Below, piece by piece: positions 9,190-18,708 of a stretch of DNA of 64,000 nt; position 1 is the stretch's first letter; each line of letters starts with the position of its first letter. Source of the DNA: an uncultured Gammaproteobacteria bacterium (GTDB lineage Bacteria > Patescibacteriota > Microgenomatia > Levybacterales > GWA1-39-11); assembly GCA_964450885.1 (NCBI GenBank), contig CAYVFE010000001.1, positions 1,278 to 65,277 of the forward strand, written 5' to 3'. The notes under the pieces were generated by a model. It did not search any database and had not been told where the DNA came from. It was given only the letters and a program-made list of their open reading frames with translations. Position numbers and translations under genes: made by a program.

Positions 9190-10161
9190 CTATTTCGCCA
9201 TCTTGCCGGTCTTTTTGTCATAAAGACCTCCGGCAACCGTAAGTTCTGCTCGCAGCATTGGATATGGATCATATCCTTCCAGCTCTACGAATTCAGGGCG
9301 GAAATCGTCTATTGTCTTAAATTTTTTAGTAAATTTTATCGTAGGGAATTTTTTTGGTTTGCGCTTCAGTTGCTCTTTTACCTGCGGGATATGATTTTCG
9401 TAGATATGAACATCTCCAAATGTATGAATGAATTCTCCGGGTTCAAGTCCAGCGATTTTTGCAAGCACCATGGTAAGTAGCGCATAACTTGCTATATTAA
9501 ATGGAACTCCCAAGAATATATCTGCACTTCGCTGATAAAGCTGCAAAGAAAGCTTATTGCCGCGACGTGATATCTGATACATATTGTGGCAAATCGGATA
9601 ACGCGATGCGTCTTCATTTGTCGCCATCGTATAAAGGTACTCGGGATTCCAGGAGTTGACTATCAGATTCTTTGCATCGGGGTCATCCTTCATCTCCTGC
9701 ATGACCCACTTGAGCTGATCTATGGTTCTGCCTTTTTTTCTGGTCGGCCATTTTCTCCATTGTTCACCATAGATCCGTGGAAGCTCTCCCCATTTTTTCG
9801 CAAAGACTTTATCATTTTTTATCTTATCCGCAAATTCTTCTTTGGTTATAGCGCTCTTAGGATTTTTCCCCTGATAGATCTTGTATGGATAGTCATCCCA
9901 GATATGGACATTGTTGTCGACCATGTATTTTATGTTGGTCATACCCGACATAAACCAATAAAGCTCGTGCAGTACACCCTTCCAATAGACTTTTTTTGTG
10001 GTGAGTAATGGGAAACCCTTACTTAAATCGTAGCGTGTCTGACGCCCGAAAAGTGAATATAAGACAACATCCGTTCCTCGATCGACCTTACGTTCTCCAT
10101 GATCTAAAATCTCTTTAAGTAGATCTAGATACTGATACTCTGGATGCTTTTGTCTTGCCAT
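9190..10161 (-). CDS. thyA: Thymidylate synthase
   Basis: FPLLTTKK, catalytic PICH, YQRSADIFLGVPFNIASY, DVHIYENH. Confidence 0.95.
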   Translation of the reverse strand: MARQKHPEYQYLDLLKEILDHGERKVDRGTDVVLYSLFGRQTRYDLSKGFPLLTTKKVYWKGVLHELYWFMSGMTNIKYMVDNNVHIWDDYPYKIYQGKNPKSAITKEEFADKIKNDKVFAKKWGELPRIYGEQWRKWPTRKKGRTIDQLKWVMQEMKDDPDAKNLIVNSWNPEYLYTMATNEDASRYPICHNMYQISRRGNKLSLQLYQRSADIFLGVPFNIASYALLTMVLAKIAGLEPGEFIHTFGDVHIYENHIPQVKEQLKRKPKKFPTIKFTKKFKTIDDFRPEFVELEGYDPYPMLRAELTVAGGLYDKKTGKMAK

Positions 10162-10172
10162 AATTTTTCTAA

Positions 10173-10201
10173 ACTATAAACTTAAAATTAGCGGCTGTCA
10201 A
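10173..10201 (-). promoter_or_regulatory. Internal promoter for thyA (TTGACA-17-TATAGT)
   Basis: tgtcaa 10196-10201 and actata 10173-10178 on + strand. Confidence 0.65.
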
Positions 10202-10744
10202 TCAGACTTGTTTTTCTTTTTTCGTTGCGGCGACACGTCCTCCTTGCCACTGACCTCTATACATACTCCCTCCCCCGTCTACCCAGAAAAACTGTATATG
10301 AACAATCCTCGCTCCCATCTCGATAGTAACTGGAAGCGGGCCTTCATTTTTTATCGCAAAAGATAGCGGCCCTTTGTATCCTGGCGCTACATTTCCAGTA
10401 CGAAGAAACAGTCCTGACCGGAATGTTGTAGTCCTTGGTTTGAAATTGGCAGTTATATCTTTAGGTAAATTTACGGATTCGATAGTGGTTACTAAATAAA
10501 ATTCATTCGGAAAAATCGTTATTGCATTTTTCTTTGTCTTTGAGTACCTAAGAACTGTCTCGATCTCAGGAGTTTGACGCTCCTCCTCTCCTAAAAACGC
10601 TGTCCCACCAGATATCTTGTGGACTTCTCCTATCCGCAAATCAAAGCCTGCGCCCTCGGGATTTGTCAGCTCACGCTCAGAAAGCTTGCTGACCAGTTTT
10701 TGCTTTTTAACAAGCTCGAGTAATTTTTGGGGACCTATTATCAT
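10202..10744 (-). CDS. dCTP deaminase/dUTPase superfamily protein
   Basis: GFDLRIG, PRTTTFRSG, PGYKG, RIVHIQF, YRGQWQG; between tmk and thyA. Confidence 0.8.
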   Translation of the reverse strand: MIIGPQKLLELVKKQKLVSKLSERELTNPEGAGFDLRIGEVHKISGGTAFLGEEERQTPEIETVLRYSKTKKNAITIFPNEFYLVTTIESVNLPKDITANFKPRTTTFRSGLFLRTGNVAPGYKGPLSFAIKNEGPLPVTIEMGARIVHIQFFWVDGGGSMYRGQWQGGRVAATKKEKQV

Positions 10745-11406
10745 AATTTATCGATTAAAGATACTATATCTTGCGTTACTTTTTCAATAGGCTTACTGGC
10801 ATCGATCTTCACGAATTCATCAGGAAATCTTTCCAGAAGATATTCGTAGCCTTCTTTAATTTTTGGCAAAGTGTCTTTTTTCTTATAGTGTTCTTTCGGT
10901 TTTCCTGTCTGATTTACCCTCCTCATTCCCAGTTCCGGATCAATATCCAGATAGACACTCAGATCAGGAAGTAAGAATCTATTGTAATAAGAAAGGATCG
11001 AGTACGCAGTCAGATAAAAATCGTCAACCTTTTCCATGTCTACCATCCCATAAGCAACAGATGACCAAAAATACCTATCGGAAATTACATACTCCCCTCT
11101 CTTAAGCCTCTCTATTATGTCAACCTGCGTCGCTGCCCTATCTGCGGTATATAGGTATTGAAGAGATGTGGCTGGCAATTTTACCTTACCATGCAAAACA
11201 TCATAGATGAATCTTCCGATTGGACCCTTACTGGGATCTTTGGTAGAGAAGACTTTTATTCCCCTGCTCTCAAGTTGCTTTTGGATAAGTGGGATCTGAG
11301 TTGTTTTTCCGCTTCCGTCCAGTCCCTCGATGACTATAAATTTTCCTTTGTAAGGGTTTTTCTTGAATTCTATATCAAATTTTACGGAGTGGCGCATCAG
11401 TGGCAT
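10741..11406 (-). CDS. tmk: Thymidylate kinase
   Basis: FIVIEGLDGSGKTTQ, DRYFWSSVAY, PDL; start approximate. Confidence 0.9.
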   Translation of the reverse strand: MPLMRHSVKFDIEFKKNPYKGKFIVIEGLDGSGKTTQIPLIQKQLESRGIKVFSTKDPSKGPIGRFIYDVLHGKVKLPATSLQYLYTADRAATQVDIIERLKRGEYVISDRYFWSSVAYGMVDMEKVDDFYLTAYSILSYYNRFLLPDLSVYLDIDPELGMRRVNQTGKPKEHYKKKDTLPKIKEGYEYLLERFPDEFVKIDASKPIEKVTQDIVSLIDKL

Positions 11407-11457
11407 CATCGTAGCATACATAAATAAACTCTTCAATAATGTTTTATAATAAGTAAA

Positions 11458-11733
11458 GTGAAGCAACTGTCATCTATCCTAAAAGATTTCAATCCGACCA
11501 AAGACAAATACATAAGCCGGGAATTCCAGAAATATGGTGTTTTTCTATCCGAAGAGCTAAATGACTACAAGCATAAAGCGCTTTACATAAAGCTTGCCAA
11601 AACGACCAACCGCGCACTACTTGAAAAAGCTTATTCGTACGTGAAGGACGCAAAAGTTGACCGTCCTGGAGCACTATTCATGTGGAAGTTAAAACAGCTC
11701 AGAGATGAAGCGAAAAAGAATGAAAAAAAATAA
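11458..11733 (+). CDS. Hypothetical basic protein (91 aa)
   Basis: GTG 7 nt after TATAAT; overlaps next gene. Confidence 0.65.
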   Translation: MKQLSSILKDFNPTKDKYISREFQKYGVFLSEELNDYKHKALYIKLAKTTNRALLEKAYSYVKDAKVDRPGALFMWKLKQLRDEAKKNEKK

Positions 11734-12286
11734 GAGAATCACAGATTTTTTGTCTACAAAAACGGCGTCGAGCAAAATCATTCTTATCCTTTTGTTTGCC
11801 ATCTCGACAATCCTGCTTTTTCTACCTCTATTTTTTGAGCTGGATTTCAAAGCACTTCTGGCATTCGGGCTTATAGGTCTTTTCCTCTTAAATTTTCTGG
11901 GGAGTGCAACACTCTTTCTTCCAGCGCCTGCTATTGTCTCTGTTGCGATTGCTGGAGCATCATTTAATCCATTCGTTGTAGCTCTAGTTGCAGGAATTGC
12001 GTCAGCTCTGGGAGAAGGTGTCGCATATCTCTTTGGCTATTCTTCTACAGAAGTATTGAATCTAAAAAGACATAAATTAATCTTTAAGATCTCAAACACC
12101 ATAATGAACTGGAAAGGCGGAATGCTGATTCCTCTTTTTGCATTCTTCCCGAATCCCCTATTCGACGGATTGGGGATACTTGCAGGAATGTCCAAATACC
12201 CCATAAAAAGATTCATTCTTCTCACATTCATCGGTCGAACCATAAGAAATATTGGCGTCGCCTACCTAGGACTTTTTATATGGTAA
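11720..12286 (+). CDS. DedA/VTT-domain membrane protein
   Basis: SALGEGVAYLFG, PNPLFDGLGILAG, GRTIR. Confidence 0.8.
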   Translation: MKKNKRITDFLSTKTASSKIILILLFAISTILLFLPLFFELDFKALLAFGLIGLFLLNFLGSATLFLPAPAIVSVAIAGASFNPFVVALVAGIASALGEGVAYLFGYSSTEVLNLKRHKLIFKISNTIMNWKGGMLIPLFAFFPNPLFDGLGILAGMSKYPIKRFILLTFIGRTIRNIGVAYLGLFIW

Positions 12287-12588
12287 TCTCACAAGTAAGT
12301 GAAAAAGTATACAAAATAGTAAAAGAAATTCCTTCAGGGAAAGTGACTACCTATGGTGCAATCGGGAAAAAACTTTCTATATCACCTAGGATCGTTGGCT
12401 ATGCTCTTCACATGAATCCTTATGAGGGGGAAGTTCCCTGTCACAGAGTCGTCAACCGCAATGGACGGGTCGCACCGAATTTTGCCTTTGGAGGGAAAGA
12501 CGCACAAAAAAAACTCCTCGATAAAGAGGGAGTAAAATTTCGCGATGAAACTCACGTAGTAAAGGATCAAATAGTAACTGTCTTATGA
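12280..12588 (+). CDS. O6-alkylguanine DNA alkyltransferase (MGMT/ATL family, single domain)
   Basis: IPSGKVTTYG, PRIVGYAL, VPCHRVVN. Confidence 0.85.
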   Translation: MVISQVSEKVYKIVKEIPSGKVTTYGAIGKKLSISPRIVGYALHMNPYEGEVPCHRVVNRNGRVAPNFAFGGKDAQKKLLDKEGVKFRDETHVVKDQIVTVL

Positions 12589-14252
12589 AAAAACTTATCT
12601 TTGCGATAATTGCTTTACTCTTTATAGCACCGGTCTCATTTGCGCAAAGTTATGAGCATATAGAAAACTTTGGTACCTACGTAAGCGTAAATGCAGATGG
12701 AACGATAGATGTCAGAGAAACCATTCTTTATGACTTCGGGCAACAGGAGCGTCATGGAATCTTCAGGAATATCCCCTTCACAAAACGCGGCGAGAATAAC
12801 GATAGATTTGATCTTAAGTTTGAGAATTTTAAGGTAAATGACGAAAAAGGAAAAGCATATGAATTCGATAAATCAACGGAAAATGAGCAAATCGTGCTTA
12901 AGATCGGTGATCCCGACGAGACGATCACAGGCACGCACACGTATGTTATTTCTTATAAGGTCAGTGGTGCGATAGGATACTTCAATGACCATGATGAATT
13001 CTACTGGAACACGACAGGAAATGGCTGGGAAGTTCCTATCTCATCTGCAACAGCGTCTATAGATATCCACACACTAATAGAAAGAGATGATCTGCAGCTT
13101 GCCTGCTATACAGGAAAATACGGATCAGACGAAAAAAATTGCGAGATGACTACATTTGAGGGAATCTATACGATGACAACTATCTCCCCTCTAGCGCCTT
13201 ACGAAGGATTTACCGCAATCGTTGGTTTTCCTAAAGGAATAGTCGAATATCTTCCAGCGGAAAAGTACGTCTCATTTTGGGAAAAGCCCATCGGTAAGAT
13301 TGCCATTGCAGGAATTATTCTGACTGCAATCTTCTGGTATCTTCTTCTTCCCGTCATACTACTTTTTAGGTACTTTAAGCACGGTAGAGATCCATATGTG
13401 GGACCAAACGTTACATCCTGGTATGATCCCCCTGAGACCGTAGGTGGACGCAAACTAACTCCAGCCGAGACGGGAGGGTTGATTGATGAAAATGTAGACA
13501 CCCGCGATATTTTTGCAACGATAATAGACCTTGCCCGTCGTGGATACATAAAAATCAAAGAGCAAGATAAGAAAAATTTCTCGCTGATCCATGCAAATAA
13601 GCCCTCTAGTAAAGATACACTCGCACCCTACGAGGAAAAACTTATTGATGGAATTTTCAAAGAAAAAAAGGAGATAAAGCTCAAAGACGTAAAACTTTAT
13701 AAAACTGTACAGGAAGTTGAGAAGATGATATATGAAGGACTCGTCAGTGATGGATTTTTCCCCCAAAATCCCAAAAGCATAAGGACAAAATATTATGCTC
13801 TGGGAACTGTAGCACTTCCCACATTTAACCTCGTTCTTGCATCGATCGCATTTTTCATAGGACGCATCATGCCTAGAAAAACTCTCTATGGTGCGCAGCA
13901 GGCAAACGTCGCAAAGGGAATCAAAAGCTTTATAAATTCTCAGGAAAGACAGATGAATTTTCAGGGTGACAAGCAGATGTTTTTCGAAAAACTTTTGCCT
14001 TTTGCCGTCGCTTTCGGCGTCGAGAAGAACTGGGCAAAAAGGTTTGAGAAATTTGATCTTAAAAATCCTGACTGGTATCAAAGCACAACATCTTCGCATT
14101 TTAACGCAGCGCTTCTCGCATCAAGCCTGGGCAGCTCATATTCGAATTTCAAAAGCGCTTCTACTCCTCCATCGTCCTCATCTTCCGGATTCTCATCTGG
14201 CGGAGGCTTTTCTGGTGGTGGTGGTGGCGGTGGTGGTGGCGGTAGCTGGTAG
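12585..14252 (+). CDS. DUF2207-like membrane protein
   Basis: Signal peptide, HGIFRNIP, EFYWNTTG, LPFAVAFGV, Gly-rich tail ending GGGSW. Confidence 0.85.
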   Translation: MKKLIFAIIALLFIAPVSFAQSYEHIENFGTYVSVNADGTIDVRETILYDFGQQERHGIFRNIPFTKRGENNDRFDLKFENFKVNDEKGKAYEFDKSTENEQIVLKIGDPDETITGTHTYVISYKVSGAIGYFNDHDEFYWNTTGNGWEVPISSATASIDIHTLIERDDLQLACYTGKYGSDEKNCEMTTFEGIYTMTTISPLAPYEGFTAIVGFPKGIVEYLPAEKYVSFWEKPIGKIAIAGIILTAIFWYLLLPVILLFRYFKHGRDPYVGPNVTSWYDPPETVGGRKLTPAETGGLIDENVDTRDIFATIIDLARRGYIKIKEQDKKNFSLIHANKPSSKDTLAPYEEKLIDGIFKEKKEIKLKDVKLYKTVQEVEKMIYEGLVSDGFFPQNPKSIRTKYYALGTVALPTFNLVLASIAFFIGRIMPRKTLYGAQQANVAKGIKSFINSQERQMNFQGDKQMFFEKLLPFAVAFGVEKNWAKRFEKFDLKNPDWYQSTTSSHFNAALLASSLGSSYSNFKSASTPPSSSSSGFSSGGGFSGGGGGGGGGGSW

Positions 14253-14291
14253 AATTTGCAATAAATTTAATTTCGTGTATATTTGAATACG

Positions 14292-14594
14292 ATGAGCGAA
14301 AGAGACATATACTACCCACCAACCGGAAAGAAAAGAGAAGCAATAAAACAAGAAATAGTTAATGCAATTCATTCAAATCCCAACCAGGACCCTTCAAAAA
14401 CTATAGCAGAGGGGAAATCAGAACCTCAGAGTACATACGACCATCTGGATATCGTTATACCTTTGATACAGATGGCTAGAGAAAGAGAAATAACATATGA
14501 TCTTAAATCTGGCTGGAGTACAGAGCTTACACCTGACGTAGACGCAATTATTTCAAATGGAAATGGTACTGAGCCTACTTCTCCTGAAGCTTAA
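14292..14594 (+). CDS. Hypothetical protein
   Basis: Fills intergenic gap; no motif. Confidence 0.5.
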   Translation: MSERDIYYPPTGKKREAIKQEIVNAIHSNPNQDPSKTIAEGKSEPQSTYDHLDIVIPLIQMAREREITYDLKSGWSTELTPDVDAIISNGNGTEPTSPEA

Positions 14595-14827
14595 CTATCT
14601 AATCCGTCATCTGGTAAAACTGACTCTACCCGTCCCGCCTGCAGCTCCTTTGCGATAGTAAAAAGTCCATCATCCGTAAGCTCTGGGTTGTCAAATTGCG
14701 CATCAAAATCGGCTTCTGAGATTCTCCTTTCGGAAACCGCCTGCGACCAGAATTCTTTCGCTACATCAAAACGCTCTTCTATCGAAAGTGGCTTTGGAGA
14801 AAATGTATACTCGGGTCCTTTACTCAT
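14591..14827 (-). CDS. Hypothetical acidic protein (78 aa)
   Basis: Start overlaps ligase stop (TAATG coupling). Confidence 0.6.
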   Translation of the reverse strand: MSKGPEYTFSPKPLSIEERFDVAKEFWSQAVSERRISEADFDAQFDNPELTDDGLFTIAKELQAGRVESVLPDDGLDS

Positions 14828-16587
14828 TATTTCTTTTGTAATTTAAACATTTTCGTGACCTCCGTTAACGTAGTAGCGTCACTGCTCTTCTTGTCGTCGC
14901 GGAATCGCTCGAGCCGCGGAAAACGCAGTGCATAACCCGGAACATCTACGCTAAATGCACTCCCCGATTTGGATGCTTTCATAATTCTACCCGCTGTATG
15001 AATCGGTGAACGCGTTATCTCATCAGCTCTCACCTCAACTACTATCTCAGGCTCTATCCAAACATCAGGAAAAAGATTTTTATCGACCTCATAAAGTGGG
15101 GGTTTCTCCGATGCTTTTAGCTTTTCGCCCCTTTTGGCAAGTTCTCGCCATTCGTCGTCGGTTAGCCCCGTTCCGATTTTTGCGATACTCATGAATTTAT
15201 CGTGCTTTTCATCATAAATTCCTATGAGAAAAGCACCTATCCCAAATGCTGTCCTTTTTCCTTTCCCATAAAAATACCCCAACACTACACAATCGATTGT
15301 GTCATCGAGTGCGGATTTCGAATACGAGCGCTTCAACTTGATCCAATTCCAACCTCGTGCCCCTGCCTGATACGTCCCGTCAAGCCTCTTTGCAACTATC
15401 CCCTCGAGTCCCTCCGCCATATAGACGTCAAATAACTCCTCGACTTTTTTCGGGTCAGAAATGGTCTTTTCTTCCGACAGGACTATCGTATCGGAGCCAT
15501 TTTTTATGATTTTTTTCAAAGCCTCGCGGCGCTTTTCGTATGGCTCGTCTATATAATTTTTTCCGTCCAGATATAAAAGTTCAAAAACGAGCATCTTGAG
15601 AGGCAATTCTTTAGCTTTTTCCTCAATGCCGTATTTTCTTTTACGCTGGGTCGTAAGCTGAAAAGGCAAGAAGCTTTCTGTTTTTGTGTCATATGCTATA
15701 GCTTCTCCCTCAAGAATCACATTCTTTGCGCTAAGCTCTTTTTTTATACCTTCAACTACATCGGGGTACATAAATGTAGAGTCCTCCAGACTACGGGTAA
15801 CAAGCTTTACGGTCTTTCCATCAAAATGCGCCTGCAAACGAAATCCATCATACTTGGGCTCTACTGCGCATTCTCCGATCTTCTCTATTATCTCCTCTCC
15901 AGAAGAAAGCCTTTCTGCTCTTGCCATAAGGATCGGAGTGAACACCTGAGGCTTTACGTCATCAAGGCCCTTTATCCCTTTTTTCTTGAGAGTTTTTGAT
16001 ATATAACCGAGATCAGGTCTGATATTGTATTTTGCTTCGATATCTTTTCGCAAAGACTTGTCGCCAGCAATCATCCACGAAAGACTGTCTATTACTGTCA
16101 TGTCAGAAAACCCCAGCCTGAGCTTATTTACAGGAATACGCGAGACAAATCTTGCTGACAGACCGTCCAAAGACTGCAGGAGGTTAGACAATATCGTCAT
16201 CTTCTTCTCAACCGATCCTGCACCGAGAGCATCTGTAACTTCTTGAAGCGATTCAAATACTTGTCCGACTGTCACTTTTGAGTCTTTCTTCACGGACAAA
16301 TTCTGCGCAAGTTCCCCCAAATCCCCAACTTTCTTGTAGTCTTTCAAAATCTCCTTTCCGTCTTTTCCATACGCCTGAGCTATCGCTTTTACCATCGACT
16401 TTTCTGCTATATTGAACTCGATATGCTCATAAAGAGGCGCTACTCTTCCTTGGAGAAGATAAATGACCTTGTCGATTTCATCACCGGAAACTTTTTTAAA
16501 AAGCTCAGCAAGAATTACGACCATCTCGTTGCGGGAAGTGATCTTTTCTAACTTTTGAAGATATTCTGATAAATCTTTAAATGTCAT
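14827..16587 (-). CDS. lig: ATP-dependent DNA ligase (archaeal/eukaryotic-type with DNA-binding domain)
   Basis: EPKYDGFR, LEGIVAK, WIKLK, IGTGLTD, ALRFPR. Confidence 0.92.
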   Translation of the reverse strand: MTFKDLSEYLQKLEKITSRNEMVVILAELFKKVSGDEIDKVIYLLQGRVAPLYEHIEFNIAEKSMVKAIAQAYGKDGKEILKDYKKVGDLGELAQNLSVKKDSKVTVGQVFESLQEVTDALGAGSVEKKMTILSNLLQSLDGLSARFVSRIPVNKLRLGFSDMTVIDSLSWMIAGDKSLRKDIEAKYNIRPDLGYISKTLKKKGIKGLDDVKPQVFTPILMARAERLSSGEEIIEKIGECAVEPKYDGFRLQAHFDGKTVKLVTRSLEDSTFMYPDVVEGIKKELSAKNVILEGEAIAYDTKTESFLPFQLTTQRKRKYGIEEKAKELPLKMLVFELLYLDGKNYIDEPYEKRREALKKIIKNGSDTIVLSEEKTISDPKKVEELFDVYMAEGLEGIVAKRLDGTYQAGARGWNWIKLKRSYSKSALDDTIDCVVLGYFYGKGKRTAFGIGAFLIGIYDEKHDKFMSIAKIGTGLTDDEWRELAKRGEKLKASEKPPLYEVDKNLFPDVWIEPEIVVEVRADEITRSPIHTAGRIMKASKSGSAFSVDVPGYALRFPRLERFRDDKKSSDATTLTEVTKMFKLQKK

Positions 16588-16588
16588 A

Positions 16589-17095
16589 TTACTTAAAGCC
16601 GCATACGATTTCGCCTCCTGCAGCCTGTGGATCTTTTAAAATCCCTTTGTATCCTTCGTCTAGCGCCAAACCCTGTACATAGTCATCTATTTGCTCTATT
16701 TCTTGCCCATCTTTAGTCAGAATTACTCTTATCTCATCAATCTCGCCTTTCTCATTCATCTCCGAAAGTTTAATCCCCGCCTTAACACCCTGACTGTCCC
16801 ACTCCAAAAATCTGCTCGCACCAAATAGCGTCAAAAACATTCCCGTCAACACCTTGCGCTCCTGTCTGATCTTTGCAACCTGCTCGAGATCCCTTTCTCC
16901 AGTCAGCAAGTTTATGGGAGTTTTTAGGGCATGCGGGTCTTTTTTGTAGATATCAAGCAGATTGTCTTGGCTAACGAGTTCTTCTTCTCCCTCTACAGGC
17001 ACTACCCTGGAGCTTGCCATTATCCAGTTCTCCAGCGCGGTAGCATCGCCGTCATTAAATGGTAATTTTTCGCGGTATTCTTGTCCTTCTTCCAT
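16589..17095 (-). CDS. Hypothetical protein (probable paralog of 17100-17633)
   Basis: In tight operon; shared LL(T/S)GE motif. Confidence 0.65.
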   Translation of the reverse strand: MEEGQEYREKLPFNDGDATALENWIMASSRVVPVEGEEELVSQDNLLDIYKKDPHALKTPINLLTGERDLEQVAKIRQERKVLTGMFLTLFGASRFLEWDSQGVKAGIKLSEMNEKGEIDEIRVILTKDGQEIEQIDDYVQGLALDEGYKGILKDPQAAGGEIVCGFK

Positions 17096-17099
17096 AACC

Positions 17100-17633
17100 T
17101 CAAATCATCCTAAGCATCAAACCAAAATCTGTATTCTCGAGTGCAAACATCGATTTATTGTCTTCGTGTATATTGATCTTATCCCTGTTCTGGTCAAGTA
17201 ACTCATGAAGCAGCCCATCATCTACTATTTCGTCTTCCAAAGTCAACGGTATTACAATAACTTCCCACTCTGTAGGCGCAACTCCCAAATTCGGGTCTAC
17301 TGGAGAGGTTTTTAGAGCAACTTCAAGCCCCTCGTCTGCTAAAGCTTTTTCTCCTTCATAATCAAAAAAGGGTAAAAATCCTCTGATATATCCCTTGCTG
17401 CGCTCGTCGTTTACGGCAATTACATCTTCTTCTCCACTAAGCAAACTCTTAGGTTTTTTATGATCGGTCTCAGGCTGGCTTTTCTTCAATTCGCCAGTAT
17501 TTACCATTTCTCCCCCGATTCTTGTAGATCCGCCAATAAAAAAACACTCTTCGATTGCACTTAAATGACGGTTTCCTATCCGTGGAAATCTATCTCTTGT
17601 CGATCTATAAGAAGTTGGTGTCTCATGCATCAT
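17100..17633 (-). CDS. Hypothetical protein (probable paralog of 16589-17095)
   Basis: ATGA overlap with fic stop. Confidence 0.65.
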   Translation of the reverse strand: MMHETPTSYRSTRDRFPRIGNRHLSAIEECFFIGGSTRIGGEMVNTGELKKSQPETDHKKPKSLLSGEEDVIAVNDERSKGYIRGFLPFFDYEGEKALADEGLEVALKTSPVDPNLGVAPTEWEVIVIPLTLEDEIVDDGLLHELLDQNRDKINIHEDNKSMFALENTDFGLMLRMI

Positions 17634-18661
17634 GCCATTAAGTATTTTACGCCCTTGGTGCGGCCTCTCTTGACTATTATACCTTTTTTTACCAGGTCTT
17701 GAACTTCCCGAAGGACTGTATCCTCAGAAACATCCGGGAAAAGATTTGCAAATACCTTGTTCTCCAGATAGCCGATCTGCTGCATATACTCCACTATCTT
17801 GAGCTGACGATCGGTTAACATAACCGGACCGCCCAGCTTTTTCTTGAATGTAGAATCTATAGATATATGCTCTATCTTTTCTTTTATCTTGGTAAGTTCT
17901 ATAGCTAGACACCCTGTAAAATACTCTAGCCAAACCGTAAGGTCTCCATTTCTCTTATCAACGCTTTGAAGTGAATCGTAATAAGCCTCAGGATCACGAT
18001 CAAAATGCTCCTCGAGTGAGAAAAAGCGCCTCACGTCATACCCATCCTTAAAAAGAACCAGCATCGAAAGCGCGCGTCCAACCCTACCATTCCCATCTAA
18101 GAATGGATGAATACGGACGAATTCGTAATGGACGATTCCTGTCTTTAGAACTGGATGGATTTCTTTTTCTTTCTGGATAAAATGCGCAAGATCCTTCATC
18201 TGCCATTCGACCTCTATGCTATGTGGGGGCTTAAAAGATATTTCACCGGTTATACTATTTCTTATGACAACATCCTTTTCGCGATAATGGCCTGCATCTT
18301 GAGGCGCAAGAATTTTGTTGACGACTATCTTGTGCAGGTCATAAATCGTGTCTTCATCGATAGGCGCGTTGTGTTTTTGCTCTATGTAGCTGACGACATT
18401 CCTATAGTTGATTACTTCCTGAACATCACGCTCACGGGCAACTATAGCTTCTCCCTCCAGAACTCTTTGAACCTGATTTAAAGAAAGCTCATTTCCCTCG
18501 ATATGAGTTCCGTAATGCGTACTTCTTACTGCTGCTTCCTCCTGAAATTTTTTCTCCCAGTATGGCAAAAGCGGAGCATTTTCTATAACCTGTTTTGCAG
18601 CCTCGATAGCGCCGATATTCTGAAGAATTTTATTGGTTATCTGGAATGTTGGCGTATACAT
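17630..18661 (-). CDS. Fic-domain protein with C-terminal winged HTH
   Basis: HPFLDGNGRVGR catalytic motif; THIEGN inhibitory helix; VSEDTVLREVQDLVKKG HTH. Confidence 0.92.
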   Translation of the reverse strand: MYTPTFQITNKILQNIGAIEAAKQVIENAPLLPYWEKKFQEEAAVRSTHYGTHIEGNELSLNQVQRVLEGEAIVARERDVQEVINYRNVVSYIEQKHNAPIDEDTIYDLHKIVVNKILAPQDAGHYREKDVVIRNSITGEISFKPPHSIEVEWQMKDLAHFIQKEKEIHPVLKTGIVHYEFVRIHPFLDGNGRVGRALSMLVLFKDGYDVRRFFSLEEHFDRDPEAYYDSLQSVDKRNGDLTVWLEYFTGCLAIELTKIKEKIEHISIDSTFKKKLGGPVMLTDRQLKIVEYMQQIGYLENKVFANLFPDVSEDTVLREVQDLVKKGIIVKRGRTKGVKYLMA

Positions 18662-18666
18662 ATCGG

Positions 18667-18708
18667 TAATACTGCGTTAATTATGCGGTATTAAGTCGGT
18701 AATGTCAA
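18667..18708 (-). promoter_or_regulatory. fic promoter (TTGACA-17-CATAAT) overlapped by an inverted repeat
   Basis: -35 at 18703-18708, -10 at 18680-18685; IR 18667-18693. Confidence 0.65.

Noticed and set aside
12280-12588. Inactive ATL protein
   Set aside because: Retains the PCHR active cysteine, so it is an ordinary minimal alkyltransferase.
13455-14099. Long antisense ORFs (this one, and e.g. 4115-4687, 30870-31376)
   Set aside because: Fully inside well-supported genes on the opposite strand; no motifs.
14170-14250. GGT/GGC tandem repeat
   Set aside because: Encodes the usual Gly/Ser tail of DUF2207-type proteins.
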